From Candidatus Shapirobacteria bacterium (GTDB taxonomy: Bacteria; Patescibacteriota; Microgenomatia; UBA12405): a stretch of DNA of 64,000 bases. The stretch covers positions 350,679 through 414,678 of the forward strand of contig JAQWEN010000001.1 in the NCBI GenBank assembly GCA_028704885.1, given 5' to 3'. The stretch's first letter is position 1. Every line of letters begins with the position of its first letter. Positions 43,384 to 52,534 of this stretch are shown piece by piece. Both the position numbers and the translations under genes were made by a program. The notes beneath the pieces are model-generated. The model saw nothing but the letters and a program-made list of their open reading frames with translations. It ran no database searches and was not told where the DNA came from.

Positions 43384-44784
43384 TTATTTCTTTTCTTTTA
43401 ATATTAAACTTTGATAATAAAGTCCCATCATTATCCAAAATAGATAGGCTGTTTTTGAGGCTTCGAAAACATCAATAAAAATAGCATTGGCCAGAGTGGT
43501 TAAAAGACAACCAAAGAAAATAATAGATATTAGATCGTGAGTGGTTTTTTCTTTTTTGAAAATTAAAGGAATGGTTTTGATAATAAAAAATAAAATAATA
43601 GCCATAAAAGAAACAAAACCTAATAATCCGCTTTCTCCTAAAGATCTTAAATAATCATTATCGGTGGCGAGAGTAATTGATCCAAGGCCGCTGCCGGTAA
43701 TAATATTTTTTTTGTAGGCATTAATGGCTCGAGGCCATTCAACATTAAAACGAATTTCCCCTGATCTGGCCACACCAGCATCAACATCGACAGTAGGATA
43801 AATTTCGGTTGGTTTATTGCGAATAATGGTTGGAGTAGGAGTAGTTGATTTAGAGATTGGTTTTGGAGTGACAACAACAATCATAGGAATAGGAGTTGGA
43901 GTTATTGTGGGAGTAACAGCTACAGTGGTCGTTTTTATTTGATTTTTTAGGGCAGGAATAGTGGCTAATAATCTTTGGTTTAAATCTTTTGAGTTGAAAA
44001 TACTAAGACCAACTAAAACAACAAAAGGAACAATCCAAAGATATTTTCTTAAAACAAAAAGAGTAAAACAAATACCCCCAAGAAAGGCAAAAATTGAAAC
44101 TCTGGAAGCAGTGAGAGTAAGAATTGGGTAGGCAGCAATCCAAACAATTAAACTGATTATTTTGACCCAAACATTCTTATTAAGAATAAAAACTAGGGCA
44201 ATAATAATAAGAGCAACACTTAAAAAAGCAGCTAAATCATAGTGACCAGCAAAAGTGGAATTAATTCGAGTCCAAGTGCTCATTTGGAGTAATTGACCTT
44301 TAGAAAATTCTGAATTCATAGTGGAAATTACGGGAAATTGGAAGTATTTTTGACCATAACCATAAACACTTACTAAAGCGGTGGAAATTAAAAGAAAAAT
44401 ATAACTAATTCTAAAATCCTTAGTCGATTTAATACTATTAATGGCAATAAAGAATAAAGAAATATATTCAAAACGACGCATCAAATGAAGAATTAAAAGA
44501 TTAGTTGGATCACTTTGATAAATTAAAAAAGCATTAACAAAACTAGCAATAATGGCCAAAAAATAGACTAAAAATAGTTTAGTAATTTTTATTTTAAAAA
44601 CCGGAAATTTATAAATTATTTGATAAATAAGCCAAACTAAAACAGAAATGGCGACGACGATATCATCAATACGAATGGAAACATAAGTTCCAGTGACACT
44701 AGTAAAGGGGAATTTAGGATAAAGTGGAATAAAAAAAATAAGAATAGCGATTATTGGTCGAAAAATATTTAAATTTTTGAACAT
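43384..44784 (-). CDS. O-antigen ligase/polymerase-like membrane protein with Pro/Thr-rich linker
   Basis: Polytopic; LTLTASRVSIFAFLGG resembles Wzy_C; the low-complexity segment TPTITPTPIPMIVVVTPKPISKSTTPTPT lies in a loop. Confidence 0.5.
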   Translation of the reverse strand: MFKNLNIFRPIIAILIFFIPLYPKFPFTSVTGTYVSIRIDDIVVAISVLVWLIYQIIYKFPVFKIKITKLFLVYFLAIIASFVNAFLIYQSDPTNLLILHLMRRFEYISLFFIAINSIKSTKDFRISYIFLLISTALVSVYGYGQKYFQFPVISTMNSEFSKGQLLQMSTWTRINSTFAGHYDLAAFLSVALIIIALVFILNKNVWVKIISLIVWIAAYPILTLTASRVSIFAFLGGICFTLFVLRKYLWIVPFVVLVGLSIFNSKDLNQRLLATIPALKNQIKTTTVAVTPTITPTPIPMIVVVTPKPISKSTTPTPTIIRNKPTEIYPTVDVDAGVARSGEIRFNVEWPRAINAYKKNIITGSGLGSITLATDNDYLRSLGESGLLGFVSFMAIILFFIIKTIPLIFKKEKTTHDLISIIFFGCLLTTLANAIFIDVFEASKTAYLFWIMMGLYYQSLILKEKK

Positions 44785-45722
44785 GTTTGAAGATAAAGAG
44801 AAGCAGTAATCTTATTGCCTCTTAAAGAGTATATAACACTGCGACTAAGAGCATTAAATTTGAGCAGGTGTTTAACAAATTTATATTGTAATTGGTTTTT
44901 GTGTTTTTTGAAAAAAGTTAAAATGCCAAGATATTCATTAAGAATTGGATCTATTTTGTTTTTAGCCGAAGCGCCACCAAGGTGAATAATTTGAGGTCCG
45001 ATTAAATACCAAGTTTGATTTTCGGGATTATTTTTTTTAATACGGTAGGAAAGTTCAACTTCTTCGCCATACATAAAATAATTTTCATCAAAACCATTAG
45101 TTGGTTTTAAGTGAGAATTTCGAATCATCATAAAAGCACCAGTAACCCAATCTTGTTGATGATCTTTTAAATAAAATTTGTCGTGGGTGTAAAAATCAGG
45201 AGTATGAGGGTGAAGCGGTTTAATAATTTTATTAACAAAAGGAAGATCGTCTAGATTTAAACACCAAGAAATAACATTTGTAAGATTTGGGAAAAAACCA
45301 CCTGAGGCTTGGATGCTTTTATCTTTATTTAATATTTGAGCGGTGCATACAGATACTTCAGGATGGGAACAAAGCCAATTAAGGCTTTGACTAATGGCAG
45401 AATGAAGAATCAAGGTGTCGGAATTTAATAATAAAATGTAATTACCTTTGGCAATTTTTAGACCCTGATTATTGGCTTTGCCAAATCCGCCATTAAATTT
45501 ATTTTCAATTAATTTAATTGGTATTTTTTTAAGTTTAGATACAGAATCATCAGAAGAATTATTATCAATAACAATAATTTCAGTTGGGACTAAATTTTTA
45601 TTATCAATTTTATTTAAATCAAAAGTTAAACCTTTATCTTGGAAAATGGACTTTAAGCAATCTATGGTTATTTTACTGGTGTTGTAGGAAATAATAATTA
45701 TCGATAGAACAGGATTAATCAT
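44769..45722 (-). CDS. Glycosyltransferase family 2
   Basis: LSIIIISYNTSKITIDCLKSI...IIVIDNNSSDDS. Confidence 0.8.
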   Translation of the reverse strand: MINPVLSIIIISYNTSKITIDCLKSIFQDKGLTFDLNKIDNKNLVPTEIIVIDNNSSDDSVSKLKKIPIKLIENKFNGGFGKANNQGLKIAKGNYILLLNSDTLILHSAISQSLNWLCSHPEVSVCTAQILNKDKSIQASGGFFPNLTNVISWCLNLDDLPFVNKIIKPLHPHTPDFYTHDKFYLKDHQQDWVTGAFMMIRNSHLKPTNGFDENYFMYGEEVELSYRIKKNNPENQTWYLIGPQIIHLGGASAKNKIDPILNEYLGILTFFKKHKNQLQYKFVKHLLKFNALSRSVIYSLRGNKITASLYLQTCSKI

Positions 45723-46261
45723 TTTTTCTTTTTTAAAAAAGATTTATAAATACAAAAGGCAAAGATAAGTGTGCCTTCGGTGAATAAAAAGGCAGTAATA
45801 CGTTTTGGAATAGAGGTAGGAATGGTTTTTATAGTAATTTTGGCCTTATATTCTTTGTCTTTAAAAATAAGTTTATTTTTAATTCTTTTTTCTGGTAAGG
45901 TAAAAACATCATTTTCCCATTCGAAACCATTGATATATAAAGATTCTTTGAATGGTAAAACATATTCTTCAAAATAGTAGCTTTGGATTGTATCACGAAT
46001 AATTTCTTTGGCTTTTTCGGGTGGATGATTGATGATTATTCGGAAAGAGCCACTATAATAGGCTTTATAAAAATTCATGACTTCAGTTCGAGTCATGTTG
46101 GTATAGTAAGCGGAAACGTTTTTAAGTTGGATGGTGTCGCCTGGTTCATCGGATCTAACACTGTTAACGAGATCCGGAAGAGTTGGAGTAGGACTGACTA
46201 GATAAACAATGGCAAAAATATTAAAAAGACAAAGTAGAGCGATTAATATTTTTTTAATCAT
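45719..46261 (-). CDS. Hypothetical membrane protein
   Basis: First ATG at 46261 (the ORF track's longer form begins at 46414 and overlaps the acetyltransferase); N- and C-terminal TM segments. Confidence 0.3.
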   Translation of the reverse strand: MIKKILIALLCLFNIFAIVYLVSPTPTLPDLVNSVRSDEPGDTIQLKNVSAYYTNMTRTEVMNFYKAYYSGSFRIIINHPPEKAKEIIRDTIQSYYFEEYVLPFKESLYINGFEWENDVFTLPEKRIKNKLIFKDKEYKAKITIKTIPTSIPKRITAFLFTEGTLIFAFCIYKSFLKKKK

Positions 46262-46262
46262 A

Positions 46263-46856
46263 TTATTGAAAGCACATAGGACGACCAAGTTTATAATTTG
46301 GGTTTTTATTTTTTCGATCACTGATTTTTTGAGCTGGAATGCCTCCCCAAATTTCAAATTCTGGAATATTTTTAGTGACAACGGCACCGGCGGCAATAAC
46401 AGCACCTTTGCCAATTTTAACGCCGGGTAAGATTATAGATCGGGGGCCAATAAAAACGTAATCGCCAATTTCAACCGGGCCAAAAGAATTTTCGTAATTA
46501 TCGGAATGAATATTGTGTTCGTCATTGTAAATTAAAACCTGGCTAGCGATACCAACGTGATTGCCGATGGTTAATTTGGCACGGCCATCCATAAAACAAT
46601 GATCACCAATAATAGTATCGTGACCGATTTTGATATTTGAGGGATTAAAAAAATTAGCACCGATATGAATAGTGGAATTAAATGGCATGTCAATTCCCGA
46701 GGCAATATAAAATATTTTTCTGATTGTGTGAATAGGAATAAAGCCGACAAATCGGAGAATCATCAGCCAAAATTCGAGACAAATGGTTTTAAAACGGTTG
46801 ATAATTTTTTGAAAAATTTCTTGGGAATTTAAGTTCTTACCGGTTCTATCTTTCAT
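46263..46856 (-). CDS. Hexapeptide-repeat (left-handed beta-helix) sugar O-acetyltransferase
   Basis: Repeated [LIV]GxxxxI hexapeptides: IGDHCFMDGRAKLTIGNHVGIASQV...IGDYVFIGPRSIILPGVKIGKGAVIAAGAVV. Confidence 0.8.
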   Translation of the reverse strand: MKDRTGKNLNSQEIFQKIINRFKTICLEFWLMILRFVGFIPIHTIRKIFYIASGIDMPFNSTIHIGANFFNPSNIKIGHDTIIGDHCFMDGRAKLTIGNHVGIASQVLIYNDEHNIHSDNYENSFGPVEIGDYVFIGPRSIILPGVKIGKGAVIAAGAVVTKNIPEFEIWGGIPAQKISDRKNKNPNYKLGRPMCFQ

Positions 46857-46874
46857 ACAATTTATTATATATAT

Positions 46875-46903
46875 TAGTGCTCTGGTTCGCTAGTGCTCTG
46901 GTT
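46875..46903. repeat. Tandem direct repeat TAGTGCTCTGGTT(cgc)TAGTGCTCTGGTT in the 49-bp intergenic spacer
   Basis: Read directly. On the minus strand it sits just upstream of an ATATATATAAT -10-like element and the acetyltransferase ATG. Confidence 0.6.
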
Positions 46904-46905
46904 GA

Positions 46906-48054
46906 TTATTTTTTGAATTTTTCAAAGACGGAGATAACGGATTTGGCAGTATTTTTCCAACTGAAAAAATCAGCTCGAATTTTTGCTGATTTTACTATTT
47001 TTTCAATTTCTGATGGTTTGCTATTTTCAAACTTAATTAATTGATCAACAAGTTCTTTTTGATTGGTGGGATCAAAATAGAAACCATTACTTTGAATAAC
47101 TTCTTTTAATGGAGCAATATTACTGGAAATTACGGGAGTATCTAACTTCATAGCTTCGATAACGGGAATACCAAAACCTTCATAAGTGCTGGGTATAATT
47201 AAAGCTTTGGCATTACTGTAGAGAGTTGTTTTTTGGATATCATCAATAAAATCAGTAAAGACAATATTAGATTCTATCCCCTCTTGTTTGACGGCAGAAA
47301 AAATTTCGTCAAAAAGCCAACCTTTTTTGCCGGCAATAACTAAACCCACTTGTCCTTCGGACATCCTCCCTTGATGAAGGGAGGAAATTTCTTTTTGTTT
47401 TAAATATTGGGCGAAGGATTTAATTAAGAAAGGGATGTTTTTATTGGGCTTAAGAGTGCCAAGATAGAGATAATAGTTTTTTGATACTAAATTAAAAGAT
47501 GAAAGGATTTTTTGCTGATCTTTAGAATTAATTTTTAAAGGTTCGTCGACACCATTAAAAGCAATGGTTATTTTTTTTGGATTTATTTTATAAATTTTTT
47601 CAATTTCAGTTTTGGAAAAATTAGAAACAGTAATTATATGACTAGCCTTTTTGATTGATTGCTTAGTCCAATTAATTAGTTGATAAAGATCTTTTTTGGT
47701 AAATTGGGATTGAAACTGAAGATAGCCAAGATCGTGAATAGTAGGAATAGTAGGACAAGGAGCAAAGGCGGGAGAATAATGACTGGGGGAATAAAAAAGA
47801 TCTAGGGGTGTTTTTTCGGTAAATAAATGAATAGGTAGAGCAAATCTCGTCCAAAGTTTTTGAGGTCCAAAAACTTTATAACGCCAATTTTTATTTTCTT
47901 TGGGAAGATCGGAAAGAGGAGGATTTTTTAGATAGATAATGTATTGATTTTTTTTATCAATTAGATAAAGATTTTTTAAGAGATTAAAAGCATATTGGCC
48001 GACACCAACCCGGGAAGTAATATTGGCTTCATTGCCATCAATTCCGATTAACAT
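46906..48054 (-). CDS. Glycosyltransferase family 4
   Basis: IIPSTYEGFGIPVIEAMKLDTPVISSNIAPLKEVI. Confidence 0.8.
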   Translation of the reverse strand: MLIGIDGNEANITSRVGVGQYAFNLLKNLYLIDKKNQYIIYLKNPPLSDLPKENKNWRYKVFGPQKLWTRFALPIHLFTEKTPLDLFYSPSHYSPAFAPCPTIPTIHDLGYLQFQSQFTKKDLYQLINWTKQSIKKASHIITVSNFSKTEIEKIYKINPKKITIAFNGVDEPLKINSKDQQKILSSFNLVSKNYYLYLGTLKPNKNIPFLIKSFAQYLKQKEISSLHQGRMSEGQVGLVIAGKKGWLFDEIFSAVKQEGIESNIVFTDFIDDIQKTTLYSNAKALIIPSTYEGFGIPVIEAMKLDTPVISSNIAPLKEVIQSNGFYFDPTNQKELVDQLIKFENSKPSEIEKIVKSAKIRADFFSWKNTAKSVISVFEKFKK

Positions 48055-48728
48055 GGTTTAATTATAGCTAAAAGTTCTAAATAATATTTCTTTTGTTTAA
48101 AAAATAGAAAGAAAATTTTAATAATTATTCTTTTTAGGAATTTGGGAGCTGTAAATAATTCAAAAAAAATAGATTTTATTGGTAACGGTTCAATTGATAT
48201 TAATTTAATTAATTTACCTCCAGAAATATTAATTAATTTAGTTAATGATCTTTTAGAGTAATTTCTTAGATGGCTTTTATCTTGATAATGAGAGTAAATT
48301 AAGCCTCTTTTTTTTAGTTTAGAACTGGTTTTTTGGGGAACAATTACAATTATTTTTTTGCCTATCCTTAAGGCTTCTTTTAGAGTTGATTGATCGTCTT
48401 TTAAATGTTCTAAAACACTTTTTAAAATAACAGTATCAAATTCTTTTGATTTAAAATTAGTTTTGTTGGCGTCACCAATTTGAAAATTACCTTTTTTATT
48501 TTTTTTGGCATAGTCAATAAAACTAGGGACTGAATCAATACCAAAAGAATCAAAACCTTTTTTGGATAAAATATCAACAAGATGACCTGGTCCGCATCCG
48601 ATATCAATAATTTTTTTACCGGAAATATAAGGAATTATTTCGTTTATTTTATAATCAGGAATTTTTGTATCAGTTCCCCATCCAAATTTATTAGAGTTAT
48701 TTTTATAGTAATCAGCCGGTTTTAACAT
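48048..48728 (-). CDS. Class I SAM-dependent methyltransferase
   Basis: KIIDIGCGPGHL (motif I), ~226 aa. Confidence 0.75.
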   Translation of the reverse strand: MLKPADYYKNNSNKFGWGTDTKIPDYKINEIIPYISGKKIIDIGCGPGHLVDILSKKGFDSFGIDSVPSFIDYAKKNKKGNFQIGDANKTNFKSKEFDTVILKSVLEHLKDDQSTLKEALRIGKKIIVIVPQKTSSKLKKRGLIYSHYQDKSHLRNYSKRSLTKLINISGGKLIKLISIEPLPIKSIFFELFTAPKFLKRIIIKIFFLFFKQKKYYLELLAIIKPC

Positions 48729-49851
48729 AGACGTTTAGTGTTTGTTCGGCGGTTTTAAGCCAATCGAATTTTTTGGCTTGAATTAAACCTTTAGCTTTTA
48801 ATTTCTTTCGAAGAGCAGCTAATTTAACAATTTTAGTAATAGCATTAGTCATATCGGGAATAGAAGTTGGATCGACATAAAGGGCAGCTTTATCACTGAC
48901 TTCGGGCATTGAAGAAATATTGCTGGTAATAATTGGAGTACCAACTTTTAAGGATTTAACCAATGGTAAACCAAAGCCTTCATAAAGAGAGGGATAAGCC
49001 AAACAAATGGCACTGGCGTGAAGAGCAACCATGTCTTTTTCGGGAATAAATCCAAGAATTTTTACTGAAGGATTTTTAACACCATCGATATCTTGGCCCC
49101 AGCCATATTTACCAGCGATGGCTAATTCAACATGACAATTAGGATTATTTTTTTTGAAAATAACGAAAGCCTCAATTAATCTTTTTAAATTTTTTCGGGG
49201 TTCGCGAGTGCCTTGAGCCAAAATAAATTTATCCAAACCGTATTGTTTTTTGATGGCATCTTTTTTCTTTTGTTGAAGATCTTTTGATAATTTTATAAAT
49301 TTACCATACTTTTCTTCGGCAGCTTCGTAAATGACTTCAATCTTCTGGGGATCTATTTTGGGGAAAATTTTTAATAAATCATTTTTGGTGTTTTGAGAAA
49401 CGCAAATAAATTTAAAACATTTTTCAGCAGCTAATTTCATTTTGTTTTTATGAGCAGTAATTACTTTTTGGTGATGCCATTCGGGGTGTAAAAAAGGAGT
49501 TAAATCGTGAATTGTGGCAATAGTTTTGGCTTTTAAAGTTGGCGGCTGAGTCCAGTCTGAGGTATGAAAAATATCACATTTACCAATAAAAAATTCAATT
49601 GGAAATAGTTGTAATTGATTCCATAAAATTTGAAGTAAAGTTGGTGGTAGTTTAAATTGGTAGACCAAAACATTAGAATGATTCTTTTTTATTTCAATAA
49701 TTTCTTCCGGTAGGGAAAGGCGCATGGAAGAATAAAAAAGTTTATAAGTATTTATTTTATCGAGCTTAACTAAATTTCTGACCAGATTTAGAGTGTAATT
49801 ACTGACGCCAGTTTTGTAGGGAACAGAAGAAATATCAATGCCGATGATCAT
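48712..49851 (-). CDS. Glycosyltransferase family 4
   Basis: YPSLYEGFGLPLVKSLKVGTPIITSNISSMPEV. Confidence 0.8.
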   Translation of the reverse strand: MIIGIDISSVPYKTGVSNYTLNLVRNLVKLDKINTYKLFYSSMRLSLPEEIIEIKKNHSNVLVYQFKLPPTLLQILWNQLQLFPIEFFIGKCDIFHTSDWTQPPTLKAKTIATIHDLTPFLHPEWHHQKVITAHKNKMKLAAEKCFKFICVSQNTKNDLLKIFPKIDPQKIEVIYEAAEEKYGKFIKLSKDLQQKKKDAIKKQYGLDKFILAQGTREPRKNLKRLIEAFVIFKKNNPNCHVELAIAGKYGWGQDIDGVKNPSVKILGFIPEKDMVALHASAICLAYPSLYEGFGLPLVKSLKVGTPIITSNISSMPEVSDKAALYVDPTSIPDMTNAITKIVKLAALRKKLKAKGLIQAKKFDWLKTAEQTLNVYVKTG

Positions 49852-50858
49852 AATGAATTATGCAATTTTACCAACTTTTGGATAACTTTTCGTTTGTTGA
49901 ACATCTTAGACAAATTAATAAGAACTGTTCCATAAACCGAAATTAGAACGTAGGGTAAATAAAAAATTGATTTTAATTTGTAAAGACGAATAACTTTTTT
50001 ACTTAAACCAGACAAATTTCGAAGCCGCTCCTCGATTATTTTTAGTAGATTATTGGCAATTTCTTTGGCCGAAAAATTTTTGATGATAATATAAATCCAA
50101 TTTTTAGCATCCATTTTATATCTAAAAACCCCCATTTTATTACTGGTACCGCCGCCAAGATGATAAGAAAGGGCTTTGGGAATATAGAGAGTTTGATAAT
50201 TTAAATTATGAAGACGGAGGGCTAGATCAACGTCTTCTTCATAGGCAAAAAAATCGGCATCAAATAAACCAATTTTTTCTAAAATTTCTTTTTTATAAAC
50301 TACTAAAGCGGCGGAAGCACCCCAGACAAACCCACCCCCCGACCCCCTCCCTTGAAGAAATGAGGGGGCGTCAAATTTCTCACCATTGGAAATGTTTTGA
50401 CATTTACCAGAGTAAAAAAAATCTAAACCCTGGGATTCAAATTTGCTTCCATCTTTATTTAAGACAGTACCAAAAAAAGTAGCAACTTTAGGATTTTTAT
50501 TGGCTTTAATAGTTTTGGAAATTAATTGAAACCAGTTTTTTTCTATAGTTAAATCATTATTTAAAAGAACAACATATTTATGTTTAGCTTTTTCAATACC
50601 TTGATTAATAGCACCGGCAAAACCACGATTTTTTGAATTTAATAATATTCGATAGTTAAAACTTTTGGGAATAATTTTTTCGAATATTTCAATACTGTTA
50701 TCTTTTGAATTGTTGTCGACTAAAATTAATTCAAATTGGGGTTCAGGACAATTATTAATGGCGTTAAGTAGGGAATTAAGACAATCTGGCAAAAATTTGG
50801 CGCCGTTGTAGTTTGGGATAATGACGGAGAAATTTAGTTCGCTGGGTTTTTTAGTCAT
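49848..50858 (-). CDS. Glycosyltransferase family 2
   Basis: FSVIIPNYNGAKFLPDCLNSL...LILVDNNSKDNS. Confidence 0.8.
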   Translation of the reverse strand: MTKKPSELNFSVIIPNYNGAKFLPDCLNSLLNAINNCPEPQFELILVDNNSKDNSIEIFEKIIPKSFNYRILLNSKNRGFAGAINQGIEKAKHKYVVLLNNDLTIEKNWFQLISKTIKANKNPKVATFFGTVLNKDGSKFESQGLDFFYSGKCQNISNGEKFDAPSFLQGRGSGGGFVWGASAALVVYKKEILEKIGLFDADFFAYEEDVDLALRLHNLNYQTLYIPKALSYHLGGGTSNKMGVFRYKMDAKNWIYIIIKNFSAKEIANNLLKIIEERLRNLSGLSKKVIRLYKLKSIFYLPYVLISVYGTVLINLSKMFNKRKVIQKLVKLHNSL

Positions 50859-51309
50859 TTAGTTTTGATAGATCAATAATATCACCTATTTTTAGGTTTA
50901 ATTTTTGAGAATCATTGATATTTAATTCGAGAACGTATTGGGCTGGAGATTGGTTTTGATAAATCTTTGAAGAATTAATTTCAGTAGCGGCTTTAATATC
51001 GACAATTTTGCCGGTTTTATCAAGCCAAATCATATCTAAAGGGATAAGGGTATCTTTCATCCAAAAAGGCAGATCAGTTTCAAAACCAAAAATAAAAAGC
51101 ATGCCGCATTTAGGGCAAAGAGATTCTCTCTTCGATAAGCCTTTTATTTTTTGAGCGGAAGAAGAAGCTAATTCTATTTTATAATCAGTATCGGCAATTT
51201 TAATTTTAATAAAATCAGATGTTGGTAAATAAAAAAATAATCGCCAAATTAAAAAACCGGCAATTATTACTAAAACTGGAGTAAAAATTAACATAATATT
51301 TTTTGACAT
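50851..51309 (-). CDS. DUF192-like small protein (COG1430 family)
   Basis: N-terminal TM, GLSKRESLCPKCGMLFIFGFETDLPFWMKDTLIPLDMIWLD resembles the DUF192 core. Confidence 0.55.
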   Translation of the reverse strand: MSKNIMLIFTPVLVIIAGFLIWRLFFYLPTSDFIKIKIADTDYKIELASSSAQKIKGLSKRESLCPKCGMLFIFGFETDLPFWMKDTLIPLDMIWLDKTGKIVDIKAATEINSSKIYQNQSPAQYVLELNINDSQKLNLKIGDIIDLSKLND

Positions 51310-52496
51310 ATTTTATCCCCTACTTTTTCCCATGTATAGTTATTTTTAACATATTCATAACCAGATTGCCCCAATTCTTTTGCTTTTTTAGGATTATCTA
51401 AAATAAATTGAATTTTTTTAGTTAGATCTTTTTGATTATCAGTTTTAAATAACAATCCCCCATTTGATTTTTCAACTAATTCTTTTAAGGCTGGAATATC
51501 GGCGCAAATTACTGGTTTTTGTCTGGCCCAGGCCTCGATAACTACTAAACCAAAACTTTCCTGAATTGATGGCAGAACTAGAACATCACAACTATCGATA
51601 AGTTTGGATAAATCTTTTTGAGGGAAATTAAAAATGAAATTAATTTTAGATTTTATTTTGGAATCTAGTGAATTGATTAATTTTTCAATTTGAGGGTAGA
51701 AAAGAGTTTTTTGACCAGCAATAGTTAATGAGATTTCAGATTTCAGTTTTTCAGATGTCAGATTAGAAAAAGATTTGATTAATAAGTCGACGCGTTTATG
51801 GGAAGCGAGAGAACCGATGAATAAGATCTCAGATTTCAGTTTTTCAGATGTCAGATGTTTTGATTTTTTTAAAAAATCTGAGTCAACACCATTACCGGCG
51901 AGAATTAAATTTTCTCGGTCAATATTAAAATTTTTAATAAAATAATCAGTTTCAGATTGGGTAAGAGTCCATAGAAAATCAGCCTTTTGAAGTGATTTGA
52001 TTAATGGTTGTTGTTGAAAATCTTGATCGGTAGAATGAAAAGAAGAGTTTATTAGAATGCTAGCTCGCTGGTTCGCTAGTACTTTAGACAAAAATTTAAA
52101 AAAATTAGCATATAAAACAATGGTAGTGGGAAGTGGACCGGCGACAATTAGGTCTGGTTTAAATTTAATGATTTTAATGGTGGCTTTAATAAAAGGAATT
52201 AGTTTGAAAATCGGGCCTTTTTGAAAAACTTTTAATAAATCATTTTTAATAAATAAATTAAGGAATTTTAGAGGTTTCCTGAAATTTGTATAAACTGGAA
52301 GTTTTATTGTTCGCTGGTTCTCTGGTGCACTAGTTTGCTGGATTTTTTTGACGAAATCGTCGGTGCTGGAACAATTTGAAGAAAGATAAAGAGTTTGATG
52401 ATGTTGGGATTCAAAATACTGACCGAGTTTATAAATCACTTTAGATCCACCATCAATGGCTGGTGGAAAAATGTGACTTAATAACAAGACTTTCAT
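51288..52496 (-). CDS. Glycosyltransferase family 4 carrying an internal 27-bp direct duplication
   Basis: VLPSIQESFGLVVIEAWARQKPVICADIPALKELV; the peptide TSEKLKSEI is encoded twice. Confidence 0.8.
   Translation of the reverse strand: MKVLLLSHIFPPAIDGGSKVIYKLGQYFESQHHQTLYLSSNCSSTDDFVKKIQQTSAPENQRTIKLPVYTNFRKPLKFLNLFIKNDLLKVFQKGPIFKLIPFIKATIKIIKFKPDLIVAGPLPTTIVLYANFFKFLSKVLANQRASILINSSFHSTDQDFQQQPLIKSLQKADFLWTLTQSETDYFIKNFNIDRENLILAGNGVDSDFLKKSKHLTSEKLKSEILFIGSLASHKRVDLLIKSFSNLTSEKLKSEISLTIAGQKTLFYPQIEKLINSLDSKIKSKINFIFNFPQKDLSKLIDSCDVLVLPSIQESFGLVVIEAWARQKPVICADIPALKELVEKSNGGLLFKTDNQKDLTKKIQFILDNPKKAKELGQSGYEYVKNNYTWEKVGDKICQKILC
51737..51853. repeat. Perfect ~27-bp direct repeat (CAGATTTCAGTTTTTCAGATGTCAGAT) about 64 bp apart inside the GT4 coding sequence
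   Basis: Read directly at about 51737-51763 and 51829-51855. Confidence 0.7.
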
Positions 52497-52534
52497 TTAG
52501 TAATTATACTTCGTGTTATCCTAATAATTAGCTT

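Noticed and set aside
42466-43880. 75-77-aa ORFs inside the GT4-like and Wzy-like genes
   Set aside because: Antisense or alternative-frame artefacts.
45771-46430. Three plus-strand ORFs (68-73 aa) antisense to the 45719-46414 and acetyltransferase genes
   Set aside because: Antisense to motif-supported genes in a tightly coupled minus-strand operon.
47672-48607. 60-61-aa ORFs inside the GT4 and methyltransferase genes
   Set aside because: Nested alternative frames.
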